DNA of 35,270 nt, taken from the IMG/VR virus record IMGVR_UViG_2506381017_000002. One strand, written 5' to 3'. This stretch comes from a virus (Duplodnaviria; Heunggongvirae; Uroviricota; Caudoviricetes). Every line of letters begins with the position of its first letter. The stretch's first letter is position 1. The notes below the pieces were generated by a model. The model was not told where the DNA came from, searched no databases, and worked only from the letters and a program-made list of their open reading frames with translations. The position numbers and the translations under genes were made by a program. This document shows, piece after piece, positions 26,233 to 35,270 of the stretch.

Positions 26233-26757
26233 ATGTCTAGTTTTGTTATTGAAGGTACTTTAACCGTAGACATAAGTGGCCTAGAAGGATTGGCAGGAGA
26301 AATTCGCTCTGTAAGTATTAAGGCGCTTCAGGGTGAAATAAGAAAAGTAGCAGATCAAATATTAAGAGAATTAGTTGAGAAGGATTGGCCGGCAGGTCGG
26401 GCTTCTCCAGGATACGTTTCAACTGGTGAGTTAGTAGATGCCATCAATGTAACGGGTGGTGGGACTAGTTTATCTATTGAAATGGATGGTTCTCGTATGA
26501 GTATGAGTCCTCCAAGCACAGGAAATAGTGCAAACGGAGACTGGGGTGGAATTGAAAGCTGGGGAACCCATATGGGTGTACAGTCTCAGCCATTTAATGA
26601 CGAGATGCCAGCATATCTTAACTATGGTGGTGGCGGACTTGTTCCACATCAAGGTACTCACTATTTTGACAATGCATTTTCTAAATATGTAGAAATAATT
26701 CCTAAACTCCTTGCTGATGCTCTTCGTGCTGCTGGGTTTGAAGTATCTAGCGCATAA
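26233..26757 (+). CDS. HK97 gp10-like tail completion protein (174 aa)
   Basis: Strong RBS AAGGAGG at 26221, ATG 26233; STGELVDAI...LNYG...HYFDNAF pattern resembles HK97 gp10-like proteins. Confidence 0.55.
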   Translation: MSSFVIEGTLTVDISGLEGLAGEIRSVSIKALQGEIRKVADQILRELVEKDWPAGRASPGYVSTGELVDAINVTGGGTSLSIEMDGSRMSMSPPSTGNSANGDWGGIESWGTHMGVQSQPFNDEMPAYLNYGGGGLVPHQGTHYFDNAFSKYVEIIPKLLADALRAAGFEVSSA

Positions 26758-26769
26758 GAGGGGATATAT

Positions 26770-27798
26770 TTGAAACGAAAAGAAGGATTAACGTATCAAA
26801 CAAAAAGCGATAGAAAAATCGTAAGATACGCAACGAAAGCAAGAATGGCAAAAGTAAATCCTAAAAACATTAAGATTTATGAGCGCTATCTTAAGAGTCG
26901 AATCATTCACAATTCTGATGTTAAAGATACTACTTATAAGGTTTACCACTCTTATATGAATATCTTCATGTGTTATATTGCAGAAGAATGGGACAATTTT
27001 TATCTTTTAGATGAAGATATGCTAGAAGATGAAATGATCGACGTAATGGAAGGCTATATGGCTTTCCTTGCCGATGAATGTGGTAATGGTAAAAAAGTCA
27101 TTAACACTAAATTAAGTGCTGTATCCAGTTTCTACCTATGGGCAACTAAGCGAGGAATGATTCGAAGTCATCCTTTTGATGGAAAATTAGACCGTATTAA
27201 GAATGCTCAAGATGAAAAGAAGATTTCAGTTCACTTTTTACACGAAGACAAGATTAATCAAATTTATAAAACTCTTGAAGAAGAAGCAGAACCTGAGGGA
27301 GCAAGATATGATTATCAAGACAGATTGATTTGGGAGATTGCTTTTTATAGTGCTTGTCGTATTGGAGCATTGTATAACTTAAGTTTGTCTAATCTGAAAC
27401 TTGATGAAAATAAGTTTGTCGACATTCGAGAAAAGCGAGGAAAGAGAGTGGAGGTTCCGTTCACAAATGAAACTAAGGAATTAATTAAGAAGTTCCTTAA
27501 GTGGCGTGAGGATAATGGAATTGATACAGATGCGTTCTTTGTTAATCGCCTAGGTGGTCATATGAGTAAACAAGCCATGTCAATCCGTATTCGCAAAATA
27601 GGAGAAATTGTTGGTGTTGGTGATTTCAGAGCTCACAGTATTCGTAAGAGTCGATTAAACCAAGTTGGGCAAAAGAATATTGAATTAGCTAAGCAATTAG
27701 CACACCACGAATCAATGGATACAACAGCACGCTTCTATATGGAAAAGAAGAGTGAAACAGCAACATTGAAAGAAATCGATGCATTACTTTCAGAATAA
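26770..27798 (+). CDS. Tyrosine recombinase (XerC/D-like, 342 aa)
   Basis: Catalytic set: SACRIGAL (R), RAHSIRK (HxxR), LAHHES (H), TTARFY (Y); N-terminal core-binding region INTKLSAVSSFYLW. Confidence 0.9.
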   Translation: MKRKEGLTYQTKSDRKIVRYATKARMAKVNPKNIKIYERYLKSRIIHNSDVKDTTYKVYHSYMNIFMCYIAEEWDNFYLLDEDMLEDEMIDVMEGYMAFLADECGNGKKVINTKLSAVSSFYLWATKRGMIRSHPFDGKLDRIKNAQDEKKISVHFLHEDKINQIYKTLEEEAEPEGARYDYQDRLIWEIAFYSACRIGALYNLSLSNLKLDENKFVDIREKRGKRVEVPFTNETKELIKKFLKWREDNGIDTDAFFVNRLGGHMSKQAMSIRIRKIGEIVGVGDFRAHSIRKSRLNQVGQKNIELAKQLAHHESMDTTARFYMEKKSETATLKEIDALLSE

Positions 27799-27897
27799 AA
27801 TATCCATTTTATAAAGTTGTAATTAATAATTTTATAATTTAAACCGCAGAAGAATGGTACAAACGCAAAATCATTTCTTTTAGGCGGGTGAAATATA

Positions 27898-30800
27898 TTG
27901 GCAAGTAAAGAACTGTCAATAAAAGTTAAAGTTAACCTCCCAACGGCAGGGGAAATTGAAAATCAAATTCAACGTTCTCTGCGTGGGTTAAAGGATATTA
28001 AGGTTGACGCAAATGTAAAATTAAAAGTTGGCAAGCTTGGCAATCTCAAACGCCAACTAAGAAATGCTCTTGGTAAAGAAAACTTTAGAGTAAACGCAAA
28101 TGTTAAAGTACATGGAATGTCCGAATTAAATCGGGTATCCAGTAAATTAAAAGAAATTAGACGTTTAGCAAATGAGCCAATTAAGTTAAACGTTGATATG
28201 GGTGGACATGATTTTGATAAGTCCATCGAAGAGGCACGGCGAAAGGCTAATAAAGAGTTAGAGAATACTAATTCTAGAAGTCACTATGCTCGAGCAGCAG
28301 TTGATGTGCAAAAGGAAATGCGAGCACAACAGCGTGCTATTGAAAAAGCACAACAAGAGTATTTAAAGCTCCAAAATCAAGCTGCTAAGGCTAGTGACGA
28401 ACGTATTCGACAAAATATACAACATTATGCTAGTCAAGTTGCTAAACAACAAGAGCAAGCTGAAATGCGGTATAGAATGGCTGCGAATAAGGCTGGCTTG
28501 AGTGATTCAGAAATTAGTAAAAATGTTCTTGGTTTCAGAGAACAGCCCAAAGCTCGCATGACTCTCAAGAACACTGAAATTGAACAACAGTTAAAAAGAG
28601 ACGCAGAAGCCTTTAGGAGATATAAAAGTGCATTAAATGACGTCACTAAAGCGCAAATGACCCTGGCAAAAGGTGGTTTAGGTGACAATGTGTTTGCCGA
28701 AGTTCAGAGACAAGCTGGGGCAGCAGAAAAAAAGGTACGATCTCTTGAAAGTGCTATAAGAAAAACAAAGTATGCATCTCAAGCATCAGATCTTAGAGAA
28801 GCTTCAGACGCAAGAATTAGAATGGCGCGAGCTCAAGCGGCAGATCGGGAAAATGTAAAGATACGTCGAGGTAGAAAATCTTCTGCTGGCATGATGAATA
28901 CCTTAAACACTTGGGACGTATTACAAAATGGTATATATGGAGCCGCTGCTGTTGTAAATGGTTTAAATGAAGTTGATAAGGCCATTACAAAAGTTACAAA
29001 AGTTGTTCCCGACAGTCAAGCAGCAGTAAATAGATGGAAGAAGAATATCTATAAGGATGCTTCAGAAGTTGGTAAGACTGCTCCAGAATTTGCTGCCGCT
29101 GTAGAACAATGGGCAACAGCTGGATATAATCTTAAACAATCAAATCGTCTTGCAAAGGCGTCAGTTATGGGTTCTTTCGTTGGTGAAGTGCCTGTAGAAG
29201 ACATGGTTAAGTATATGTCTGTTCCAATGAAAGCTTTCCAAAAGGAAGGTATTAAATCGAAAGACATTATTAACGCAATGAACCAAGTTTCTAACAAACA
29301 TGCCATTGAAATGAATGACTTGGGGGCTGCATATCAGAAAGCTAGTTCAACAGTTGGTGCTACTGGAACTAAGTTCTCACAACTAACAGGTATTATTACA
29401 GCTGCTCAAGAAGGTACTCGTGCGGGTGGAGATATGATTGGAACCGCATATAAGACGATTGGCTCACGTCTTGCTAAGATGGGTACTGGATTAACAAAGC
29501 AGGATCAAACCCGTGCAGCGTTCTTTAAGAAGTTGGGTGTTGATTTAACTGACAGCAATGGAAAGTTGAAATCTACTTGGCAAATTATGGATCAGTTAGG
29601 TAAGCAATGGGATAAGTTAGATAGTAAAGACAAGAATACGGCAGCTCAATATGCCGCTGGAGCGAACCATGCTAACATTTTCCAAGCTACGATGGATAAT
29701 TGGAAAATCGCACGTAAAGCCATGAAAGAAGCACAAGCTCAGGTTGATTTAAAAGATAAAGATCATGGATCGGCATATCAAGAATTTGAGAAGCAAAAGC
29801 AATCTATCGAATTCCAGTTAGCTTCATTAAAGAATACATGGATGTCATTCTTAAACAATATATCTGGTGGTAGAGAAGGAATTTCCCAAATTCTTCAAAG
29901 TCTTAATGGAATAGGATCTGTTGCAGATAAACTTGCTTCAAATAAATTATTCTCACAAGCTATTAGATGGGGTGCAATCACTGCTGGAATAGTTATGGCA
30001 CGTAACGCTATAACAGGAATGGTTAAAAGCTTTGCAAGTATTGGAAATGCGGGCAAAGGAATTGAGGGATTAAAATCTAAATTTACTAATGTTGGAAGTT
30101 CTGTTTCTGAATTAAAGGCAAAAATTCATGAATTAAGAGCAGAGTTAGATGGCTTAAATGCCAAGGGCTTTAAGTCAAAAACAAAGCTAGATAGAGATGC
30201 AAAAGGAAGAACCAAGGGAGAGTATACAGGTAAAGACGTAGGTTTAATTAAATACTCTATTCCAGAGAATAACGTCCTCCAAACTAGACGTGGGGCCCGA
30301 AGACAATATGGTCTATCTAAGAAGTATCCAACTCATTTTGCTCCAAAGGAACTTGCAAAAGAAAATGAAGATTTAGCAAAATCATATTCAAATGTTACTC
30401 CTGCAATTAGTAGAGCAGAACAAAAACTAAAAGACACCAATGGTACTCTTTCTAAAGGAACTAAAGCAACTGCTAAATTAGGAAAAGTCATGGGTGTTGC
30501 TGGTAGTGTACTGGGAGTAATTGGTAGCGGACTTGGTGTCGTTGGATTAGGCATTGATGCGATTACTATTGCGTCAGGAGCCTTAGAAATGATGGGCGTT
30601 CATCCATGGGAGCTTATCCGAAAGGCAATTAAGCCGGCCCAAGCTAATGCTGAAGCATTTAGTAAATCTATGCAGAAAATTCATTCCGATATTGGAAATG
30701 TTAATTCTGGATTAAAAGACAATGTATTATTTAATGGCACTGCTGAAAAGTCGAAAAAGAGTCTTTCTGGATTAGATAAAGTCTTAAAAGGCGTTACAGA

Positions 30801-33800
30801 TGGTTCTAATCAATTGAGCAAAGGTGACTGGAAAAACTTCAAGGATAGCTTTAATGCAATTTCAAAGGCTAATGGGCTTGGAATTAGAGCATATTCAAAT
30901 AATGTTGAAGTCTTAAAAGGCCAAATGACAGATCTTAAGAATGCTATTCACGATGTTAACTTGGAACAACTAAAGTCTGGTTCAAGAGAATTAGATAAGC
31001 TTGATAAGACTGGTAAAAAAATTAATAGTCAAAAGACATTAAATGACTTACTCAAGACTAATAATGATTATCTAAAAAAATCTAAGGAATTAGAGCAAGA
31101 GCGAGACAATGCTAATAACGGGGTTACAAATAGTGCTCAAGCCAAGAAGAATAATGATAAATATGAGCACAAGTTAGCAGCTTTACGTGGCTCTGCAATT
31201 CGTAAAGAAATGGGTTCCGCTGCGTACCAAGAGTGGGCTCAACAATATCAAGACTATGGTGACTCTGTAAGAAAACAATATGGTGAATTAGCATCGATCC
31301 TTGATTCTGGTATATTCAAGAAGACAGACTTTAATATGATGTCTTCAAATGAATTGCGGAAGATGGGAACTGCTCAAACTATGAATCTGCAAAATGCAGC
31401 TAGAGCAAATAAAATTTGGAATGATGTTAATAAGCAGTTAACTCAGAATAATAAATTAGGCAGTCAGCAAGGTAAGTTAACAAAAGAGCAACAGCAATAT
31501 CTTTCTAAGAATGTTAAAGGACTTGAAGGTATTAGTCGTAACATGAGTAAGTGGACTGATGCTCAAAGAACAGCGTTCGATGAGTATGGTAAGACTGCGG
31601 CAAAGAATCTTAAGAATCAACAAAGTCGAATGATGGATATCCTTACGGCTCAAGGAATGTCAAAAAGTGCTGCTCAAAAACAAATTAATAAGCTTGACGG
31701 TACTGGTTCAGGATATATTAATGCTCTTGGGAACAATTACAATGCTCAGGCATTGTTGAATGTTGATCCTGATTATGCGGCGTTATATGGGAAAAAGTGG
31801 TTCCCACAGCTACAAGAGCAACAGCGGCAAATTCAAAATTACCAGAATAGAAAAGGAAAAAAGAATAGCGATACAATAGATGCATTTCTTGATCCGCAAA
31901 CTGGGGTAATGAATACTGGTATGATCGCCAGAAGTCAGGCTGTTATGACCTATAACTCAAAGCGACAAAAGCAATTCCAAAAGATGGGATTCATTGATGG
32001 CGATGGGAATATAAAATTCGATAAGGTATCAGACGCATTTGCTGGTGTTAAAGGTCGCGATAATCCAATGCAGCTTATTAGTTCATTAGCAGATGGTTCT
32101 ATTAATAAGTTTAGTAAGCTGCATATTTCTGCAAACCAAGGCCATGGAAAGTTAACTAAGGATGTTAAAAGTGATATCAGAAACTTGGTGAAGAGTAAAG
32201 GAGCTGAAGCGGCAAGAAATTATATTAAAGGGTTACAAGCCGATAACGTCTTAGGAAAAGATGCAATGAATTACTATGATACCCTTGATCGCAAAGGTAA
32301 TGAGACTAAGCGAACACCTAAGAGTCAGCGTAGTCAAAGAAAGCCATCAGGTTCTAGAAAATCTTCAGGGTCATCTAAAAAGAATTGGTACGACAAAGAT
32401 GATGATGACCCAATGGCGAAACCATTATGGAAACGTAATGATACTAAACCATCATCAAGTCGTCATCGTGGTACATCGAAGCCTGATACTAAGAATCAAC
32501 CTAGAACTTCTAAGAATCAGCAAAAAGCATTAGAGAAAGCGGCACAAGGTAAACAGCAGACCAAGAGCCCTAATTTAATACCTAATTTGCTTAAGAAATT
32601 AGGACTTATTACAGATGCGAAAGCTGATACTAAACCAAAAACAGCCAAGGATGTCGAAAAGAATCTTAAGGGCCGTAAGGTATCAGACAAAGAGCTTAAG
32701 AATGCTCAGGCGCTCCTTAAGAACAAGAAAGAGCAGAAAAAACTCGAAGATGATTTGAGGAAGAATGGGCAATTAAAGACTTCGAAACCATCTAGCTCCA
32801 ATTCTAATAAAAAGAATTCATCAAAGAATAAGAAACAAGCCGAAAAGGAAGGGCGCGAAGAAGAGAAAGCCCGTCAAAAGGGTAGAGATAGTGCAAAGAA
32901 AACATCATCCAAGAAATCTAATTCTTCCAAAAAACAGAATCAAGAACAAAAAGATCTTGCCAAACAGTTAAATAAAGGCAAAGGAGTAAAAGTAAAACTT
33001 CAACCAGATGCTAAAAGTTTAACGAAGGGGTTGAAAAATCTTGGTGGTAAAAAAGGTACCAAGATTAAGTTACAACCAGATACAAAATCTCTTACAAAAG
33101 GCCTTAAAAACTTAGGCGGCAAAAAGGGTACTAAAATAAAACTTCAAGCCGACACGAAAAGTTTAACAAAAGATCTTAAGAATCTCGGTGGTAAAAAAGG
33201 CACTAAAGTCAAGTTACAAGCAGACACCAAGGGACTTACTAAGAGTCTTAAGAATCTAGGCGGTAAGAATGGAACAAAGGTTAAGCTTCAAGCTGATACT
33301 AAGTCTCTAACAAAGAGTTTATCTAATCTTGGTAAAGGTAAAGGGGTAAAGGTAAAGCTCCAAGCAGACACCAAAGGACTAGATAAGTCACTCAAAAGCC
33401 TAAAAGGGCTTAAAAAGTCTCAGAATATTAAGATTAATGTTTCTGGTAACGCTTCAAGCAAGATAAGTAAGATCAAGTCTTCTCTAAATGGGTTGAGTGG
33501 TAAGAGTAAGAATATCTCTATTAACGTTCGAGGTAATGCAGTTAGTCAGGTAAATAAAATAAAGTCTGCATTAAACGGGATAAAAGGTTCTAAGAATATC
33601 TCAATCAATGCCTCTGGTAACGCAGCCTCCTTTGCTTCCAAGGTTAAATCATCGCTTGCCGGAATTCATAATAAGCATGTAAATATTAGTGCTTCTGGCA
33701 ACGCTGCATCGATGGCACAAAGAGCGTCCTCAGCAATTAATAGTATCCCGACTAGTCATCAGACGAATATAACTGCTCACGATGGAGCCTCTCCTAAGGC

Positions 33801-35270
33801 AAATGCAGCTAAATCGGCAATTGAGAATATTCCCAAAAAACATAATACTCATATTAGTGTTACTGGAGACGGACAAGCTATAGCAAAAGCACACAGTGTA
33901 GCAGCCGCTATAAATAGTATTCCAAGTAGCAAGACAGTTACTATCAATGTTAATAAGAACGAAACTCACACCATTACAACAGAACATAAGTCTAAATCAA
34001 TGGCTATTACACCAGAAAATTCACAGCCAGTTAGCCCGATGACTTCTATGTCTGTCGTTGCAGGAAATCCTGCTATGAATATGGCCGTAAATAGTGGAGC
34101 TGCTAACATGGGTGTTGATACGAATTCTGCAACTAATGGCGATAAGGTAAGCGGAATTGCTACAACAGATCGTTCTGATTCTACCCAAAAAGTTAGTGAA
34201 GATTATTGGCGTTATATGGGAAATGAACTTTACACGGGCTTACCACTTGACGAAAAAGTTCAGAACCTTGAAAATGCAGTAACCCAAGCTGACGAAGATA
34301 TGGACAAGCTTATTAATCTATCAAAGCAGAGAATTGACTTAGATAATAAGCAAATCGCATATCAAAGAACTATGCAGGGCGCTTATCAGCAACAAATTAC
34401 TGATGTCCTTAATGAATTGCATAAATATGGTTTCCAAACAAATGGTAATCAGATTACTAATTTGAACCATGCAAAGGATATTACAGGTGATAATGCAAGT
34501 AAAGTTGATGAATTACTTGGGAAATACCAAACTGCTTATCAAAACTTCTCTGAAGCTACAAAGAAGATTGATGAGTTGCAAACAGATATTTGGCAACAAG
34601 GTAAGAATCAACAAGATTATAACAACACTAAAGATCAAAAGATGGTTGAAAAGTTACAACGTGAATTAGAGCTTGTGACTACTGCTATTGATAACCAAAA
34701 GAATATTCTTGAGCGTGAAGGTAATTCACTAGAAGATAGTGATTATCGTATGAAGTTAAAGAACAATTCTGATCAGATCTATGCTAAGTCCGAGGCTGTT
34801 CAACAGTTGTTAGCCGAATTTAATCAATTAAGTGTTGCCAATTTTGTTGGTACAAAAGACGCCGATAATGCAAAGAATTTAGCTGACTCCTTAAGTCAAA
34901 TTCGTGATGCTATCATGGAAAACCTTGATTCCATTGATGAATTAAAGAAGAGCATTCGGGATATTCAACTTAATTCTATTATTGAAAGCCTGTCTAAATA
35001 CACCGACAATCTTAGCAATAGTATTGATCGGCTAAAGAACAATGTAACAAATCTTCAAGATGGGTTATTAAGTGGAACATCTTATAACGACCTTATGAGT
35101 AGTAATTTTGATGTTGTTAACCTTAATCAAAAATCTGCTTATGAGAAGAGTGTGGCCGATAAGATTTCATTAGAACGTCAATTGGATAGTGCTCTAGATC
35201 AATTCGCTAGAAAGAACGTTGATCGAACGGCACAAGTAGCCAATGATCAACTTCAAATTGAAGCACAAAA
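27898..35270 (+). CDS. Tape measure protein, 3'-truncated (>=2,457 aa), absent from the ORF track
   Basis: TTG 27898 after AGGCGGGTG. Frame was open in every stretch I translated and still open at the window end. TP901-type core (AVEQWATAGY...DIINAMNQVSNKHAI...GAAYQKASS...SQLTGIITAAQEGTRAGGDMIGTAYKTIGSRL) plus helical repeats. Confidence 0.9.
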   Translation, partial: MASKELSIKVKVNLPTAGEIENQIQRSLRGLKDIKVDANVKLKVGKLGNLKRQLRNALGKENFRVNANVKVHGMSELNRVSSKLKEIRRLANEPIKLNVDMGGHDFDKSIEEARRKANKELENTNSRSHYARAAVDVQKEMRAQQRAIEKAQQEYLKLQNQAAKASDERIRQNIQHYASQVAKQQEQAEMRYRMAANKAGLSDSEISKNVLGFREQPKARMTLKNTEIEQQLKRDAEAFRRYKSALNDVTKAQMTLAKGGLGDNVFAEVQRQAGAAEKKVRSLESAIRKTKYASQASDLREASDARIRMARAQAADRENVKIRRGRKSSAGMMNTLNTWDVLQNGIYGAAAVVNGLNEVDKAITKVTKVVPDSQAAVNRWKKNIYKDASEVGKTAPEFAAAVEQWATAGYNLKQSNRLAKASVMGSFVGEVPVEDMVKYMSVPMKAFQKEGIKSKDIINAMNQVSNKHAIEMNDLGAAYQKASSTVGATGTKFSQLTGIITAAQEGTRAGGDMIGTAYKTIGSRLAKMGTGLTKQDQTRAAFFKKLGVDLTDSNGKLKSTWQIMDQLGKQWDKLDSKDKNTAAQYAAGANHANIFQATMDNWKIARKAMKEAQAQVDLKDKDHGSAYQEFEKQKQSIEFQLASLKNTWMSFLNNISGGREGISQILQSLNGIGSVADKLASNKLFSQAIRWGAITAGIVMARNAITGMVKSFASIGNAGKGIEGLKSKFTNVGSSVSELKAKIHELRAELDGLNAKGFKSKTKLDRDAKGRTKGEYTGKDVGLIKYSIPENNVLQTRRGARRQYGLSKKYPTHFAPKELAKENEDLAKSYSNVTPAISRAEQKLKDTNGTLSKGTKATAKLGKVMGVAGSVLGVIGSGLGVVGLGIDAITIASGALEMMGVHPWELIRKAIKPAQANAEAFSKSMQKIHSDIGNVNSGLKDNVLFNGTAEKSKKSLSGLDKVLKGVTDGSNQLSKGDWKNFKDSFNAISKANGLGIRAYSNNVEVLKGQMTDLKNAIHDVNLEQLKSGSRELDKLDKTGKKINSQKTLNDLLKTNNDYLKKSKELEQERDNANNGVTNSAQAKKNNDKYEHKLAALRGSAIRKEMGSAAYQEWAQQYQDYGDSVRKQYGELASILDSGIFKKTDFNMMSSNELRKMGTAQTMNLQNAARANKIWNDVNKQLTQNNKLGSQQGKLTKEQQQYLSKNVKGLEGISRNMSKWTDAQRTAFDEYGKTAAKNLKNQQSRMMDILTAQGMSKSAAQKQINKLDGTGSGYINALGNNYNAQALLNVDPDYAALYGKKWFPQLQEQQRQIQNYQNRKGKKNSDTIDAFLDPQTGVMNTGMIARSQAVMTYNSKRQKQFQKMGFIDGDGNIKFDKVSDAFAGVKGRDNPMQLISSLADGSINKFSKLHISANQGHGKLTKDVKSDIRNLVKSKGAEAARNYIKGLQADNVLGKDAMNYYDTLDRKGNETKRTPKSQRSQRKPSGSRKSSGSSKKNWYDKDDDDPMAKPLWKRNDTKPSSSRHRGTSKPDTKNQPRTSKNQQKALEKAAQGKQQTKSPNLIPNLLKKLGLITDAKADTKPKTAKDVEKNLKGRKVSDKELKNAQALLKNKKEQKKLEDDLRKNGQLKTSKPSSSNSNKKNSSKNKKQAEKEGREEEKARQKGRDSAKKTSSKKSNSSKKQNQEQKDLAKQLNKGKGVKVKLQPDAKSLTKGLKNLGGKKGTKIKLQPDTKSLTKGLKNLGGKKGTKIKLQADTKSLTKDLKNLGGKKGTKVKLQADTKGLTKSLKNLGGKNGTKVKLQADTKSLTKSLSNLGKGKGVKVKLQADTKGLDKSLKSLKGLKKSQNIKINVSGNASSKISKIKSSLNGLSGKSKNISINVRGNAVSQVNKIKSALNGIKGSKNISINASGNAASFASKVKSSLAGIHNKHVNISASGNAASMAQRASSAINSIPTSHQTNITAHDGASPKANAAKSAIENIPKKHNTHISVTGDGQAIAKAHSVAAAINSIPSSKTVTINVNKNETHTITTEHKSKSMAITPENSQPVSPMTSMSVVAGNPAMNMAVNSGAANMGVDTNSATNGDKVSGIATTDRSDSTQKVSEDYWRYMGNELYTGLPLDEKVQNLENAVTQADEDMDKLINLSKQRIDLDNKQIAYQRTMQGAYQQQITDVLNELHKYGFQTNGNQITNLNHAKDITGDNASKVDELLGKYQTAYQNFSEATKKIDELQTDIWQQGKNQQDYNNTKDQKMVEKLQRELELVTTAIDNQKNILEREGNSLEDSDYRMKLKNNSDQIYAKSEAVQQLLAEFNQLSVANFVGTKDADNAKNLADSLSQIRDAIMENLDSIDELKKSIRDIQLNSIIESLSKYTDNLSNSIDRLKNNVTNLQDGLLSGTSYNDLMSSNFDVVNLNQKSAYEKSVADKISLERQLDSALDQFARKNVDRTAQVANDQLQIEAQ
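32977..33408 (+). repeat. Six tandem 72-bp (24-aa) repeats in the tape measure gene
   Basis: Consensus KKGTKVKLQADTKSLTKxLKNLGG; units start at 32977, 33049, 33121, 33193, 33265 and 33337. About 6-7 degenerate 27-29-aa repeats follow to about 33960. Confidence 0.9.

Noticed and set aside
32977-33408. CRISPR-like array
   Set aside because: Units are contiguous in-frame coding repeats with no unique spacers; no cas genes in the window.
27969-34669. Short ORFs listed inside the tape measure region (both strands)
   Set aside because: All overlap the long open frame starting at 27898; they are shadows, visible only because the track omits the stop-less ORF.

Overview
The window is a continuous, entirely plus-strand segment of a large AT-rich tailed phage or prophage, probably of a lactic-acid Firmicute (host inferred from composition and protein style only). 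Gene order resembles Bacillus SPbeta-like phages: two winged-helix replication-initiator-like ORFs around an iteron-like repeat cluster, a sigma70-region-4-like regulator, HU, a Zn-finger packaging-region protein, terminase, portal, protease/scaffold, capsid, neck and tail-tube genes, a 2,382-aa modular tail fibre, two holin-like genes, tail chaperone/completion genes, a tyrosine recombinase, and a >2,457-aa tape measure gene that runs off the window and is missing from the ORF track. terL is split by a 1,122-nt group I intron (4636-5757) carrying a LAGLIDADG endonuclease; both splice sites and the P1-P9 core can be read from the sequence. The most unusual signals are non-coding: a structured RNA candidate at 3172-3386 (pseudoknot domain plus a 129-nt rod with an anti-Shine-Dalgarno loop), two 12-bp tRNA-minihelix-like T-loop hairpins directly after the major capsid and major tail genes, a conserved operator-plus-promoter motif in three copies, and a 16-bp inverted repeat pair 25 kb apart, one copy next to the recombinase. 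All product calls come from motif and synteny recognition by eye; no database search or folding program was run.
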